The notes under the pieces: generated by a model | Seen by the model: the letters and a program-made list of their open reading frames with translations, nothing else | Told to the model about the DNA's origin: nothing | Database searches by the model: none | Shown: positions 33,636-43,390 of the stretch, one piece after another | How positions within the stretch are numbered: position 1 is the stretch's first letter | Layout of the letters: each line of letters starts with the position of its first letter | DNA from: Minisyncoccota bacterium | Lineage (GTDB): Bacteria; Patescibacteriota; Minisyncoccia; Phycocordibacterales; PALSA-1337 | Direction: 5' to 3' | Assembly: GCA_036517115.1 (NCBI GenBank) | Contig: DATDYB010000010.1 | Coordinates: 1 to 57,701, forward strand | Length of the DNA stretch: 57,701 nucleotides | Position numbers and translations under genes: made by a program

Positions 33636-34988
33636 ATGACTGATTACAATAAACTGTGGGAAAACATTCTTGCGGAAATAGAACTCACCGTTTCAAAAGC
33701 GAACTTCAGTACATGGTTTAAAGACACCTATATCCTCCGAGAAGAAGAGGGGACAGTGTACCTTGGTGTACCCAACGCATTTGCCAAGGACTGGCTACAG
33801 AGCAAGTATCATAACGCTATTTTAAAATCTTTAAGGACCCTTTCTGAACATATTCGAGCGCTCGAATACACCATATGCAAGGATGATGGCCGTCGAAGGG
33901 ACACCGAACACAACAGAAGCCAGATTCCTTCAATGAACAGGGAGCTGCCTTTGAGTGATTACTATATAAATAAGGAGGACAATCTCAATCCAAAATACAC
34001 TTTCGATTCATTCATCGTCGGCGGATTCAACGAGCTCGCACATGCCGCCGCACAAGCGGTGGTCAAAAAGCCGGGAGGTATCTATAATCCGTTTTTTATC
34101 TACGGCCACACCGGCCACGGGAAAACACACCTTATCCAAGCAATCGGCAATCAAATAAAAACCCTTCACCCCGGCAAAAAGGTCTACTATATGCCCTCAG
34201 AAAAGTTCGCAGTAGACTTCATCAACTCTGTACAGACCCAGAAAGTCAATCAATTTAAGGAGAAATACAGAAAATATGACTGTTTAATTATGGACGACAT
34301 ACAATTTTTCTCAAATACAGAGAAAACACAGGAAGAACTCTTCCATTTGTTCAATAATTTCTACGATAGTAATAAACAAATCGTATTTTCATCCGATAAA
34401 CACCCTAATTACATTCCTAACCTAGAAGAACGTCTGAAATCCCGCTTTGGTGCTGGTATGATCGTTGATATCCCTGCTCCAGACCAGGAGTCCCGAGGAC
34501 AAATTATCAAAGCAAAGGCGGAACAGAACAATTTTACACTCTCTCAGGAGACAGTGGATTACCTAGCTTCATCAGTAGATAGTAATATTCGTGAACTTGA
34601 AGGGGTGATAAATTCGATCATTTGCCAATCCCAACTCAAGGGCAAGGAACTCTCCGTCCTAGAGATCAAAAATCTCATTAAAAATAGTGTAAAACCTAAA
34701 AAATCAGTGTCAGTTAAAGATGTTATTAAAACCATCGCTAATTTCTACAATATCGAAGAAGATAGTATCTACGACAAAACAAGAAGAAAGGAGGTAGTGA
34801 AGCCACGGCAATTGATCATGTATATTCTTCGGGAAGACTTCAATATCTCGTATCCATCTATTGGTGATAAATTAGGAGGGAGAGACCACACCACCGTCAT
34901 ACACTCATGCGGTAAAATTAAAGATGAGCTTCGAGTCAACAACGTTCTTGTTCAAGAACTGTCACAAATCCGTGGAATGATTTGTTAA
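33636..34988 (+). CDS. dnaA: chromosomal replication initiator DnaA
   Basis: LNPKYTFDSFIVG, Walker A GHTGHGKTHL, IMDDIQF, and C-terminal DNA-binding domain (..RQLIMYILRE...SYPSIGDKLGGRDHTTVIHS). Confidence 0.96.
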   Translation: MTDYNKLWENILAEIELTVSKANFSTWFKDTYILREEEGTVYLGVPNAFAKDWLQSKYHNAILKSLRTLSEHIRALEYTICKDDGRRRDTEHNRSQIPSMNRELPLSDYYINKEDNLNPKYTFDSFIVGGFNELAHAAAQAVVKKPGGIYNPFFIYGHTGHGKTHLIQAIGNQIKTLHPGKKVYYMPSEKFAVDFINSVQTQKVNQFKEKYRKYDCLIMDDIQFFSNTEKTQEELFHLFNNFYDSNKQIVFSSDKHPNYIPNLEERLKSRFGAGMIVDIPAPDQESRGQIIKAKAEQNNFTLSQETVDYLASSVDSNIRELEGVINSIICQSQLKGKELSVLEIKNLIKNSVKPKKSVSVKDVIKTIANFYNIEEDSIYDKTRRKEVVKPRQLIMYILREDFNISYPSIGDKLGGRDHTTVIHSCGKIKDELRVNNVLVQELSQIRGMIC

Positions 34989-35222
34989 TCACCTGTTGAT
35001 AAGTATGTACACATCGTGTTGTTAAATGGGTAAAAAATGTATACAAATTACCGATCAATATGATATTCTGAAATTACTCAATCACATATTCGTTATTACC
35101 CACACAATCACGCATAAAAATAAAGCTATACTACGTTACAGCATAAAGGTATTATTAAGTTATCAACATATCCACAGCCCTAATAGTAGTAATAGATTTA
35201 TATTATAAATTAATTAACAGAT
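34989..35222. other. candidate oriC segment (DnaA-box cluster)
   Basis: Near-consensus TTATCCACA boxes: TGTTGATAA 34994-35002 (rc TTATCAACA), TTACCCACA 35096-35104, TTATCAACA 35160-35168, ATATCCACA 35168-35176. AT-rich surroundings. One more box, TTTTCCACA, lies at 33514-33522 upstream of dnaA. Confidence 0.65.
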
Positions 35223-36323
35223 ATGAAAGCAGAATGCATAACAACGAAATTTCAGAATGCTATATCAAAAGCAGAAAGAGTGACTGGAAAGAATCTAACA
35301 TTACCGATTCTTGGATATGTGTTAATTGAAGCGAAAAGTAACACTATTACTTTCAAATCAACAAATCTTGATATTGGGGTTGAAATAACTATTCCTGCAA
35401 AAGTTGAAATACCGGGTACTATAGCAGTTCCAGGAAGTATCTTAAATAATTTCATTAGTAATTTATCTGATGAGAAAAATATAAAATTAGAGATTGTTGA
35501 TGGAAATCTTTCAGTCTCCTCACAATTCAGTGCTACAGTCATAAAATCTATCCCTCACGATGATTTCCCTATTATTCCGAAAGTTGATAAAGATAAAACG
35601 TTTTCGATCCATGCTCTCGATTTTATCAAGGGACTTCGATCGGTATGGTACAGTTCAGCAACTTCTTCGATGAAACCAGAATTATCGAGCGTGTATATCT
35701 ATCCTGATGATGAAGGTATGGTGTTTGTTGCTACTGATTCGTTCCGTCTTGCGGAAAAAAGAGTAAAGGTAAAAAAAGCCCCGGTTTTTAATCATATTCT
35801 CATACCTTTTAAGAATATTCCTGAAATTATAAAAGTGTTGGAAGATGTAGAAGGGGAGATTGAAGTTAGTTTAGGGAAAACTCAATTATCCTTGATTTCT
35901 AATGGGGTATATTTAGTTTCAAGAATTATTGATGGAATGTTTCCCGATTATAAGCAAATTATTCCAAAAGAATCTAAAACAGAAGTTATTACTTTGAAAC
36001 AAGACCTTATTAATTCACTTAAAATTTCAAACATCTTCTCTGATAAATTTCATCAGATCAATATTAAAGCCGATCCTAAAGAAAGAGTTTTTGAACTTAA
36101 GACTAAAAATAACGAAGTAGGGGAGAATGTTAATCGCCTACAGGCAGCATTGAATGGCGAAAGTGTGGATATAAATTTTAACTACAAGTATATTATCGAT
36201 TGTTTTCAATCAATTGATGCAGATAGTGTTTCACTCAACTTTAATGGTCTAAACCGGCCAATGATCATTCGTGGGGTTACTGATAAGACCTTTATGTATC
36301 TAGTGATGCCGATGAATCGGTAA
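35223..36323 (+). CDS. dnaN: DNA polymerase III beta sliding clamp
   Basis: 366 aa immediately after dnaA. Clamp-like three-domain repeat pattern with C-terminal ...MPMNR. Confidence 0.92.
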   Translation: MKAECITTKFQNAISKAERVTGKNLTLPILGYVLIEAKSNTITFKSTNLDIGVEITIPAKVEIPGTIAVPGSILNNFISNLSDEKNIKLEIVDGNLSVSSQFSATVIKSIPHDDFPIIPKVDKDKTFSIHALDFIKGLRSVWYSSATSSMKPELSSVYIYPDDEGMVFVATDSFRLAEKRVKVKKAPVFNHILIPFKNIPEIIKVLEDVEGEIEVSLGKTQLSLISNGVYLVSRIIDGMFPDYKQIIPKESKTEVITLKQDLINSLKISNIFSDKFHQINIKADPKERVFELKTKNNEVGENVNRLQAALNGESVDINFNYKYIIDCFQSIDADSVSLNFNGLNRPMIIRGVTDKTFMYLVMPMNR

Positions 36324-36326
36324 TGT

Positions 36327-36578
36327 ATGTTTAATATCAGTTCGTATCTTGAGAAATTTAAGTCGATAGGGATGCAGGATGTACTGCTTAAGGAAAAGAC
36401 CACTATACTCATTAAAGAACGTTTCGGAATCACGCTTGCTAAGAAAGATATTGCGTATAAAAACGGCATAATGACTTTAAAAGTTCCTCCTATCCTTAAA
36501 ACTGAAATCTTTATGAAAAAACAAGAGTTTTTGAAACTCTTGTCATCTCCCGATAGTATTCTTACCGATATTCGGTAA
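36327..36578 (+). CDS. DUF721 (DciA-like) small protein
   Basis: The pattern ...ILIKERFGITLAKKDIAYKNGIMTLKVPPILKTEIFMKKQEFLKLL fits DUF721, and the position after dnaN is typical. Confidence 0.45.
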   Translation: MFNISSYLEKFKSIGMQDVLLKEKTTILIKERFGITLAKKDIAYKNGIMTLKVPPILKTEIFMKKQEFLKLLSSPDSILTDIR

Positions 36579-36585
36579 TACTATT

Positions 36586-39078
36586 CTATTCTAATTTAAG
36601 TCGAACCGTCCCTTCTGTTATTTTCTGTGCTGTATCAGTTACAATCGCCCGTAACTTATTATCTTCATTTATTTTCTCATAAGGTCTTGGGGTGAACGAA
36701 AAGGTGTTTCCGGTAGACGAGCCCACAAACTTCTCGTTGAGATATATATCCATTTTAGAAAGTGGATCAACACCCGAATAGTTGATAGTTACTATCAATT
36801 TTTCGTTTCTGTTGTATCGAACATTTGGGTTAGGGGAAATGAAACTGATTCTGGAGGTGTTTGCAGTGGTATTAATAGCGCTCGCCTCTACAGGGACTAC
36901 CGCGGCCCCCTCATCAGGTATGCTAGCGTTTAGAGCCCAATTGCGTACACTCCACTCCCAGAGAGGGAATTGAGGGTCATTAGCAGGGTTCGATGGAGCT
37001 TCTCCTTGTGGGTCATCTTTATCTACCCAATAAAGAATTGAATGAACACCACGTACGACTCGTTCCTCTCTAAATTCTGGTGGTGTGTTCTCAGTCGCCT
37101 GTGCTCCTGTAAGTTTATCCACGATATATGTTGTACCTCCCGTCCAAACTCCCCGAAGAATCGGTTTGATAGCAGGGTCGACAGGTTCAGGGTCGGAAAA
37201 GCGCTCTTCTGGAAGATTTTTTAATACTTCAGTGATGAAGGTGTTCCATGTTGGCGCAACCACTAGTCCCGCCACTTTCTTCTCGATAGAGGAGTTGTCG
37301 TTGTTGCCGGCCCATGCGCCCACTACAATCTGAGGTGTGTAGCCAAGTATCCAAGTGTCCCGATAGTCGTTAGTGGTTCCTGTTTTTGCTGCTACTTGTC
37401 GTCCAGGAACATTTAATTTTGAGTTTACGCCGAATACAGGCGCCCGTGCGGCATTGTCAGAGAGAATGCTCGAAATAATTCGAGCAGTGTTTTCTGGTAA
37501 GATTCTTTTAGGATTACTTTCATATTGTTCGATGATATTTCCTTTGTTGTCTTCGATTTTAAGAATAGGTGTTGAGGGGTTGCGGATACCGTCGTTGGCG
37601 AATACGCCGTAGGCACTCGTCATTTCAAGTAGTGAAACGTCGGCACCCCCAAGCACTAGAGAAAGCCCATATCTGCTCGCATCACCTAAGCTCTCTACCC
37701 CCATATCTTTAGCGGTGTTGAGCGACTCCTGGACACCGGTAAGATACAAAAGTTTAACTGCGGGAATGTTGATTGACTGTGCAAGAGCGTTACGAAGTGT
37801 CATTGGTCCTCTTGTTTTGTCGTCGTAGTTTCCTGGTGAGTAGCAGCCGTCTTCACTGGTCATGTTTTCTGCTCCACAACTCGGAACGAATTGCGTTTTG
37901 AGGTCAAAGAGAACTGTATCTTGAGTGTATCCTTTATTAAAGGCGGTGGCATACACAAACGGCTTAAATGATGAGCCTGGTTGTCGGAAAGCGGTGGCGA
38001 CATTGAAGTTACCTTCAATACTCTTATCAAAATAATCACGGGAACCAACCATAACAAGAACCTGGCCAGTTTTAGGGTCGATGGCGGTTAACGCGGCGTT
38101 GGTGGCGTGATTCTCAACTGCGTTACGGAGCGCATCTTTCTTTACTATTTCCTCCGCTTTTTGCTGTAAAGCATAATCGAGAGTGGTGGTGACTTTAAGC
38201 CCCCCTTCTTCTACCATAGACTCGCCATACTTTTCCATAAGGTAGTCTCGGACATAGAATACGAAATGAGGCGCGCGGATGCCTTTATCATCCGCAACTT
38301 GGAAACTGATCTCCTCGCCTTGTGCCTTTGTGAATTCACTATCGGTAATGAATTCATTTTCCAACATTTTTTTAAGTACAAGATTGTGGCGATCAGTCAG
38401 CTCTTTTTTATGTTTGCCGTAGGGTGAGTAGTAGGTAGGTGCCCGGAGCATTGCGGCAAGGTACGCAGACTCAGCCAAGCTAATGTCTTTAGCACTTTTA
38501 CCAAAATAGGAACGAGAGGCCTCTTCGATGCCGTACACACTGCCGCCAAAAGGCATTTCGTTGAGGTAGAGCGAAAGAATCTGTTCTTTTGAGAGAGAAC
38601 GTTCAAGTTTAAGAGCAAGTACCCACTCCTTGAGTTTACGGGTAAGAGTTTTATCACCAGTGAGAATGGTGTTCTTTACTACCTGCTGCGTGATGGTAGA
38701 GCCGCCTTGTGAATACTCACCAGCTTTTAGGTTTGCAATAACAGCACGAAGAATTGCCTTGGGTTTGATGCCAAGATGGTCGTAAAATTCAGGGTCTTCT
38801 ATGGCGACTGTTGCGTTTTTTGCGTTACGAGAGATATCTTCAAATGGGACAACGGTGCGCTTGGTATTTTCATGGATATCATAGAGAAGGATGCCATTTC
38901 GGTCTAAAATTTTAGTTGACTGAAGCACTCTACGTTTATCAAATGAGCCTAGATCAGGGATTTTGAGGGTGGAGAGCCACACAATGAAGAGGCCGGAGAA
39001 GGCGATTCCGAGGGCGATACATAGGACAATAATGTTCTGAAGTGCCCTGTTGCGGGCGAGAAACCGATGCTTTTTCAT
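36586..39078 (-). CDS. bifunctional penicillin-binding protein 1A (glycosyltransferase/transpeptidase)
   Basis: EDPEFYDHLGI, GGSTITQQVVKN and RKLKEW (GT51 domain). SSFKPFVY, SIN and KTGTTND (transpeptidase domain). Confidence 0.94.
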   Translation of the reverse strand: MKKHRFLARNRALQNIIVLCIALGIAFSGLFIVWLSTLKIPDLGSFDKRRVLQSTKILDRNGILLYDIHENTKRTVVPFEDISRNAKNATVAIEDPEFYDHLGIKPKAILRAVIANLKAGEYSQGGSTITQQVVKNTILTGDKTLTRKLKEWVLALKLERSLSKEQILSLYLNEMPFGGSVYGIEEASRSYFGKSAKDISLAESAYLAAMLRAPTYYSPYGKHKKELTDRHNLVLKKMLENEFITDSEFTKAQGEEISFQVADDKGIRAPHFVFYVRDYLMEKYGESMVEEGGLKVTTTLDYALQQKAEEIVKKDALRNAVENHATNAALTAIDPKTGQVLVMVGSRDYFDKSIEGNFNVATAFRQPGSSFKPFVYATAFNKGYTQDTVLFDLKTQFVPSCGAENMTSEDGCYSPGNYDDKTRGPMTLRNALAQSINIPAVKLLYLTGVQESLNTAKDMGVESLGDASRYGLSLVLGGADVSLLEMTSAYGVFANDGIRNPSTPILKIEDNKGNIIEQYESNPKRILPENTARIISSILSDNAARAPVFGVNSKLNVPGRQVAAKTGTTNDYRDTWILGYTPQIVVGAWAGNNDNSSIEKKVAGLVVAPTWNTFITEVLKNLPEERFSDPEPVDPAIKPILRGVWTGGTTYIVDKLTGAQATENTPPEFREERVVRGVHSILYWVDKDDPQGEAPSNPANDPQFPLWEWSVRNWALNASIPDEGAAVVPVEASAINTTANTSRISFISPNPNVRYNRNEKLIVTINYSGVDPLSKMDIYLNEKFVGSSTGNTFSFTPRPYEKINEDNKLRAIVTDTAQKITEGTVRLKLE

Positions 39079-39109
39079 GTGAGTTTATAGTAGCATAAAA
39101 AAACACTCA

Positions 39110-39285
39110 CACAACACCAAAATTCTTTCCCGAACGCCGTCATTCACAGTACATACTCACTTTTCTTTACGGAAAATTTGGAACTCGCCCTCCATCCGAA
39201 TGTAGAAGCTCACACAACCCAATTTTCCTAAAAAGTTCGTTGTACTGGAGAATAACAGCTATTTATAAAGAATTTTGGTGTTGTG
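39110..39285 (+). repeat. nested-hairpin element copy D
   Basis: Outer arms CACAACACCAAAATTCTTT / AAAGAATTTTGGTGTTGTG. Core closest to copy C. Lies between divergent PBP1A and tyrS. Confidence 0.85.
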
Positions 39286-39329
39286 TTCACTTTCACCTTT
39301 GAGAATTTTTATGTTACATTTAGGGCATT

Positions 39330-40541
39330 ATGTCATGGTTTAAAAGCCAAAAAATAGATACAAGTCCGGAAAAAATTGATGAGCTCCTCACTCGTGGCGT
39401 GACAGAGGTTATTGAGCACGATCATTTACGTCAGCAATTATTGTTGGGTAAGCAGCTTCGGGTGAAACTTGGTATTGACCCGACCAGTCCTAATATTCAC
39501 ATAGGGCGGGCGGTACAGCTTTGGAAACTGCGGGCATTTCAGGAACTCGGTCACCATGTAGTTCTCATTATTGGCGACTTTACAGGAATAATTGGCGATA
39601 CTTCCGATAAGGAATCAGAGCGGCCGATGCTAACCGAGGAACAGATTGCAGAAAATCAAAAAACGTACTTCGAGCAGGCATTTAAAATTTTAGACAAATC
39701 AAAAACTGAAACCGCCTACAACTCCACCTGGCTCGGGAAATTAGGATTTGCCGAGATTGGAAAATTAGCAAATGTGTTCGGTCTACATGAGTTTGAGGCG
39801 AGAGAAAATATTGCCATACGTCTCAAAGCGGGGAGACGTGTGTCTCTACGCGAACTGATGTATCCTCTAATGCAAGGCTACGACAGCATCGTGGTCAAGG
39901 CGGATGTAGAGCTTGGTGGGACCGACCAGCGTTTCAACCTGCTCGCAGGGCGCACTATGCAGCCGGTGTATGGCCAGAAACCGCAAGATATTGTCATGAC
40001 TGTACTTATGGAAGGTACTGATGGCCGTAAAATGTCATCTTCGTGGGGGAACGTTATCAATATTCACGATGAACCTAATGATATGTTCGGTAAAGTGATG
40101 TCGGTGCGGGATGATCTTATTGTGAAATATTTTTTGTTAGCAACTCGGTTAGACCAAAAAGAAATTCAAAAAATCGAAAAAGAATTAAAGACCACTAATC
40201 CACGCGACATAAAAATTCGATTGGCACGAGAAATTGTGACGCTCTATCATGGAAAGGAAGCGGCCGAGCGGTCAGCAGCAAATTTTGAGAACACCTTTAA
40301 AAAAGGTGGAGTACCAGAAGATATTAAAGAAATTGCTGTGCCAAAAGATACTCCACTGGTTGATGTTCTGCTTCAGACTGGTCTGGTAGAATCGAAATCT
40401 GATTTTAGACGCTTGGTGGGAGAAGGGGCGGTGACGGTTCATGGAACGGAGGTTAAAATTACCGACCCGAATATTAAAATAACCGAAGCAGTCACCATAA
40501 AAATAGGTAAGAGGAGATTTATTAAAATCACTGTGAACTAA
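39330..40541 (+). CDS. tyrS: tyrosine--tRNA ligase
   Basis: HIGH-type motif (SPNIHIGRAV), KMSSS motif, and a C-terminal S4-like domain. Confidence 0.94.
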   Translation: MSWFKSQKIDTSPEKIDELLTRGVTEVIEHDHLRQQLLLGKQLRVKLGIDPTSPNIHIGRAVQLWKLRAFQELGHHVVLIIGDFTGIIGDTSDKESERPMLTEEQIAENQKTYFEQAFKILDKSKTETAYNSTWLGKLGFAEIGKLANVFGLHEFEARENIAIRLKAGRRVSLRELMYPLMQGYDSIVVKADVELGGTDQRFNLLAGRTMQPVYGQKPQDIVMTVLMEGTDGRKMSSSWGNVINIHDEPNDMFGKVMSVRDDLIVKYFLLATRLDQKEIQKIEKELKTTNPRDIKIRLAREIVTLYHGKEAAERSAANFENTFKKGGVPEDIKEIAVPKDTPLVDVLLQTGLVESKSDFRRLVGEGAVTVHGTEVKITDPNIKITEAVTIKIGKRRFIKITVN

Positions 40542-40546
40542 CAAAA

Positions 40547-40590
40547 AACCCGCTTGGCCGACCGGAAGGTTTGGGCAAGCGGGTTTTTTG
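40547..40590. terminator. bidirectional terminator
   Basis: AACCCGCTTG...CAAGCGGGTT flanked by A6 and T6. Sits between convergent tyrS and the acidic small ORF. Confidence 0.8.
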
Positions 40591-40824
40591 TTAGTTCCAT
40601 CCTTCTGCTTCAAACATTTCGGTCTCGTCATCATCAAGCGATTCATCGATTGTATCTGGAGTAACCACTTCTTCCTCTTCGATTTCTCCTTCATCTACTC
40701 GCATAAAGGGTATTAAACCCTTTGTTTCGTCTTCACTCGGACGCTGTGTGAAATCAGAATTTCCCACGCGCTCCTCGCTAGCCGAAATAAAATTCCCTCT
40801 TTTTGTGTTCATGATTTCATCCAA
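40591..40824 (-). CDS. small highly acidic hypothetical protein
   Basis: 77-aa ORF with a D/E-rich C-terminus and a terminator immediately downstream. Confidence 0.45.
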   Translation of the reverse strand: MDEIMNTKRGNFISASEERVGNSDFTQRPSEDETKGLIPFMRVDEGEIEEEEVVTPDTIDESLDDDETEMFEAEGWN

Positions 40825-40935
40825 AATATTTGATAATTCATTTAAAAACTTCCTCGGTGAACTCCATCTTTCATAGTTGTAGCAAATCTAAAATTTTTTG
40901 CAAACATTCCTATTCTTTTGTTGTGGAAAAGTCGC

Positions 40936-41436
40936 TCATAACAACAATTTCTTTTCTTGTTGGTGATGGAAATTTGAGGCTAGACAGGTGATACCGCAGG
41001 CGATAGCGTCGTATTCATCATCGAACTCAATTTCTTTATTGATCTTGATCAGTTTCGGGATCATCGCCATCATTTGTTGTTTATCACTTTTGCCGTAGCT
41101 CGTAACCGCTATTTTTATTTGAAGTGGTGTGTATTCAAAAATTTTCAAATTGTGCGAGGCGGCCGTATAGAGGATGACCCCTCGCGCTTCCGCCACACGC
41201 ATAGCGGTTTTTTGGTTGTTGGTGAAGAAAAGAGTTTCGATTGAAAGAGAGTCGGGCTCAAATTCGTGAATAACTTCAATGAGTCGATTGCCGATATTAC
41301 GGAGTCTCTCAGGGTGGGGGAGTTTGGCTGAAGTCCGAAAGCATTCGGAGTGAACCAGCACATCCTTTTTGTTTTGTTTCTCTACTATAGCGATACCAAG
41401 TCGTTCATATCCAGGGTCAATTGCGAGTACTCTCAT
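40936..41436 (-). CDS. ruvC: crossover junction endodeoxyribonuclease RuvC
   Basis: MRVLAIDPGYERLGIAIVE..., ...SIETLFF.., ...DEYDAIACGI are the catalytic acidic motifs. Confidence 0.93.
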   Translation of the reverse strand: MRVLAIDPGYERLGIAIVEKQNKKDVLVHSECFRTSAKLPHPERLRNIGNRLIEVIHEFEPDSLSIETLFFTNNQKTAMRVAEARGVILYTAASHNLKIFEYTPLQIKIAVTSYGKSDKQQMMAMIPKLIKINKEIEFDDEYDAIACGITCLASNFHHQQEKKLLL

Positions 41437-41438
41437 GA

Positions 41439-41966
41439 CTATTCTGCATTAGTGAAGACTTCTTGCACCTCATCGTTATCCTCAAGGTCTCCAATGAGGG
41501 CTTCGAGTTTTGATCCATCTTCCGCATTTAAAGGAATCGTCGTTTGCGGCTGCCATCCCTCACGGGTTTTTTGGAATGCCCACGCGGCGCTTCCAATACC
41601 CGCCAACTCACATCCATGTTTCGCGAGAATAGCTTTTACTTCTTGAGCCGCTTTGTTGCGATTGTCAGTCAATGCTTCGATGATAATCGCAGCTCCTCCC
41701 GGTCCATATGATTCATATGTTACCGCATCCATAACAGCGCTGGTGTCGGTTGCACGTTTGATTGCTCGGTCGATAGTGTCGTTAGGCATGTTATTCTCTC
41801 GAGCTTTTTCAACCGCTGCTCGAAGACCAGGTGCGGTGAGATCACCGTTTGCTTTCTTGGCCTCAACGGCAATCATGCGCCCCATCTTGGTGAAAATCTT
41901 ACTCTTCTGCGCATCCGTTTTCGCCTTAATATGCTTTATTTTTGAATATTTATTATGTCCGGACAT
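41439..41966 (-). CDS. yebC: YebC/PmpR-family protein, short form
   Basis: MSGHNKYSKIKHIKAKTDAQKSKIFTK..YESYGPGGAAIIIEALTDNRNK..DEVQEVFTNAE. About 60 aa of the usual middle domain are missing. Confidence 0.85.
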   Translation of the reverse strand: MSGHNKYSKIKHIKAKTDAQKSKIFTKMGRMIAVEAKKANGDLTAPGLRAAVEKARENNMPNDTIDRAIKRATDTSAVMDAVTYESYGPGGAAIIIEALTDNRNKAAQEVKAILAKHGCELAGIGSAAWAFQKTREGWQPQTTIPLNAEDGSKLEALIGDLEDNDEVQEVFTNAE

Positions 41967-41998
41967 ATAAGGAAGTTTAAAATTAAAAGTGTAAAGTT

Positions 41999-43021
41999 TT
42001 ACAAAAGTTTTTCTTGTAGATTTGCCGGTACTGAAATACCGAGGTGGGTATAGCCATGATGCGTGACGACGCGACCACGGGACGTGCGCTCGATGAAGCC
42101 TACTTGGAGAAGGTAGGGTTCATTGAACTCTTCGATGGTGCCTTCTTCCTCAGAGAGGGATGCGGCAAGGGTGTTCAAGCCTACTGGGCCGCCGCTGAAC
42201 TTTTTAATCACCGTTTCAAGAATATTACGATCAGAGAGCGTCAGACCTTTATGATCAACACCGAGAAGAGAAAGTGCCTCGTGTACGATCGTTTCCGTTA
42301 GTTGGGTTTTTTTAACTTGCGCGAAGTCGCGACAGCGCTTTAAAAAATAGTTGGCAGTGCGGGGGGTAAAGCGACTTCGTTTGGCGATTTCAGTTGCAGC
42401 CGCTTCGTCAATCGTTACACCGAGGATCGCGGCGGAACGTTTGATAATCTCTCGGATTTCGTTTTCTGTATAGAACTGGAGTCTGAAAATGCCACCTGAA
42501 AATCGGGATTGTAGCGGAGAGGAAAGGAGGGAAATCCTCGTTGTTGCGGCAATCAGAGTGAATGCCGGCAATTCAAGCTGAATCGTTCTTGCTGACGGAC
42601 CTTTTCCGATGATGATATCGAGTGAGCCTGACTCCATGGCAGGGTAGAGTACTTCTTCGATGGTTTTGTTGAGACGATGGATCTCATCAATAAAAAGAAT
42701 ATCTCCAGGGGAAAGGTTGGTGAGGATCGAAGCAAGATCACCCACCTTTTCAATGGCCGGTCCTGAAGTGATTTTGATTTGGGCACCTGTCTCTTTGGCG
42801 ATGAGGTGGGCGAGGGTGGTTTTACCTAGACCTGGTGGACCGTAGAAAAGAATATGTTCAGGGGGATGGTTGCGTTCCTTCGCGGCTGTCAGAAGAATGT
42901 GAAGATTATTTTTTATTCCCTCCTGGCCGATATAATCGTTCCATTTGGATGGACGCAGTGTGTAATCAAGGTATTTTTCCTCATTTTGCGCGGTCTCTTT
43001 TTTTACTACACCTGATTCCAT
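41999..43021 (-). CDS. ruvB: Holliday junction branch migration helicase RuvB
   Basis: LRPSKWNDYIGQE, GPPGLGKTTLA, FIDEIHRL, and a winged-helix C-terminus. Confidence 0.95.
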   Translation of the reverse strand: MESGVVKKETAQNEEKYLDYTLRPSKWNDYIGQEGIKNNLHILLTAAKERNHPPEHILFYGPPGLGKTTLAHLIAKETGAQIKITSGPAIEKVGDLASILTNLSPGDILFIDEIHRLNKTIEEVLYPAMESGSLDIIIGKGPSARTIQLELPAFTLIAATTRISLLSSPLQSRFSGGIFRLQFYTENEIREIIKRSAAILGVTIDEAAATEIAKRSRFTPRTANYFLKRCRDFAQVKKTQLTETIVHEALSLLGVDHKGLTLSDRNILETVIKKFSGGPVGLNTLAASLSEEEGTIEEFNEPYLLQVGFIERTSRGRVVTHHGYTHLGISVPANLQEKLL

Positions 43022-43100
43022 TGTTCTTCATTATACCGGATTGGTAAGAAATTGCTGATCTACTGTCATATATTAAAACTGCGCGTTAATAGCGCAAGGG

Positions 43101-43129
43101 TTGACACTAAATACCTTTCGTGCTACACT
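43101..43129 (+). promoter_or_regulatory. sigma70-like promoter TTGACA-17-TACACT
   Basis: TTGACA 43101-43106, 17-nt spacer, TACACT 43124-43129. No ORF downstream. Confidence 0.6.
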
Positions 43130-43136
43130 CCTTTTA

Positions 43137-43325
43137 CGTTCATTGATTCGTTTCCAGCCTATAAATCTCTAAGCAATTGGTCCTCTTACGAGGTCTACTG
43201 ACATTTCCCATAGGACGCCCTGGTTTGAAGCTTCGGCTTCATTACTGTGGCTATCCTCCGAGACCTGTTTAACTTTTAATTCCGTATTGAAAGTATTGCT
43301 TAGAGATTTATGGGTTGGTTTTTTT
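43137..43325 (+). ncRNA. candidate ~190-nt ncRNA (6S-like architecture)
   Basis: Own promoter. A 24-bp closing helix CCAGCCTATAAATCTCTAAGCAAT (43154-43177) / ATTGCTTAGAGATTTATGGGTTGG (43295-43318) followed by T7. Apical UGAAGC-UUCG-GCUUCA hairpin and a poorly paired middle. No ORF. Confidence 0.4.
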
Positions 43326-43390
43326 ATACTTCTTTAAATATAGTACTCTTCAAAAAAAAGAAAGCAAAAGAAAACCACACCACGACATCT

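Noticed and set aside
12700-35500. Other CUGAUGA/CUGACGA occurrences (about 12705, 30602, 35468) as possible additional hammerheads
   Set aside because: They lie inside coding regions, lack a correctly spaced GAA with a stem II, and lack a complementary stem III with a UH cleavage site.
2528-39285. The repeat families as a CRISPR array
   Set aside because: There is no regular array of short identical direct repeats with unique spacers. Copies are dispersed or paired, 76-183 nt long, and internally palindromic. No cas genes are in the window.
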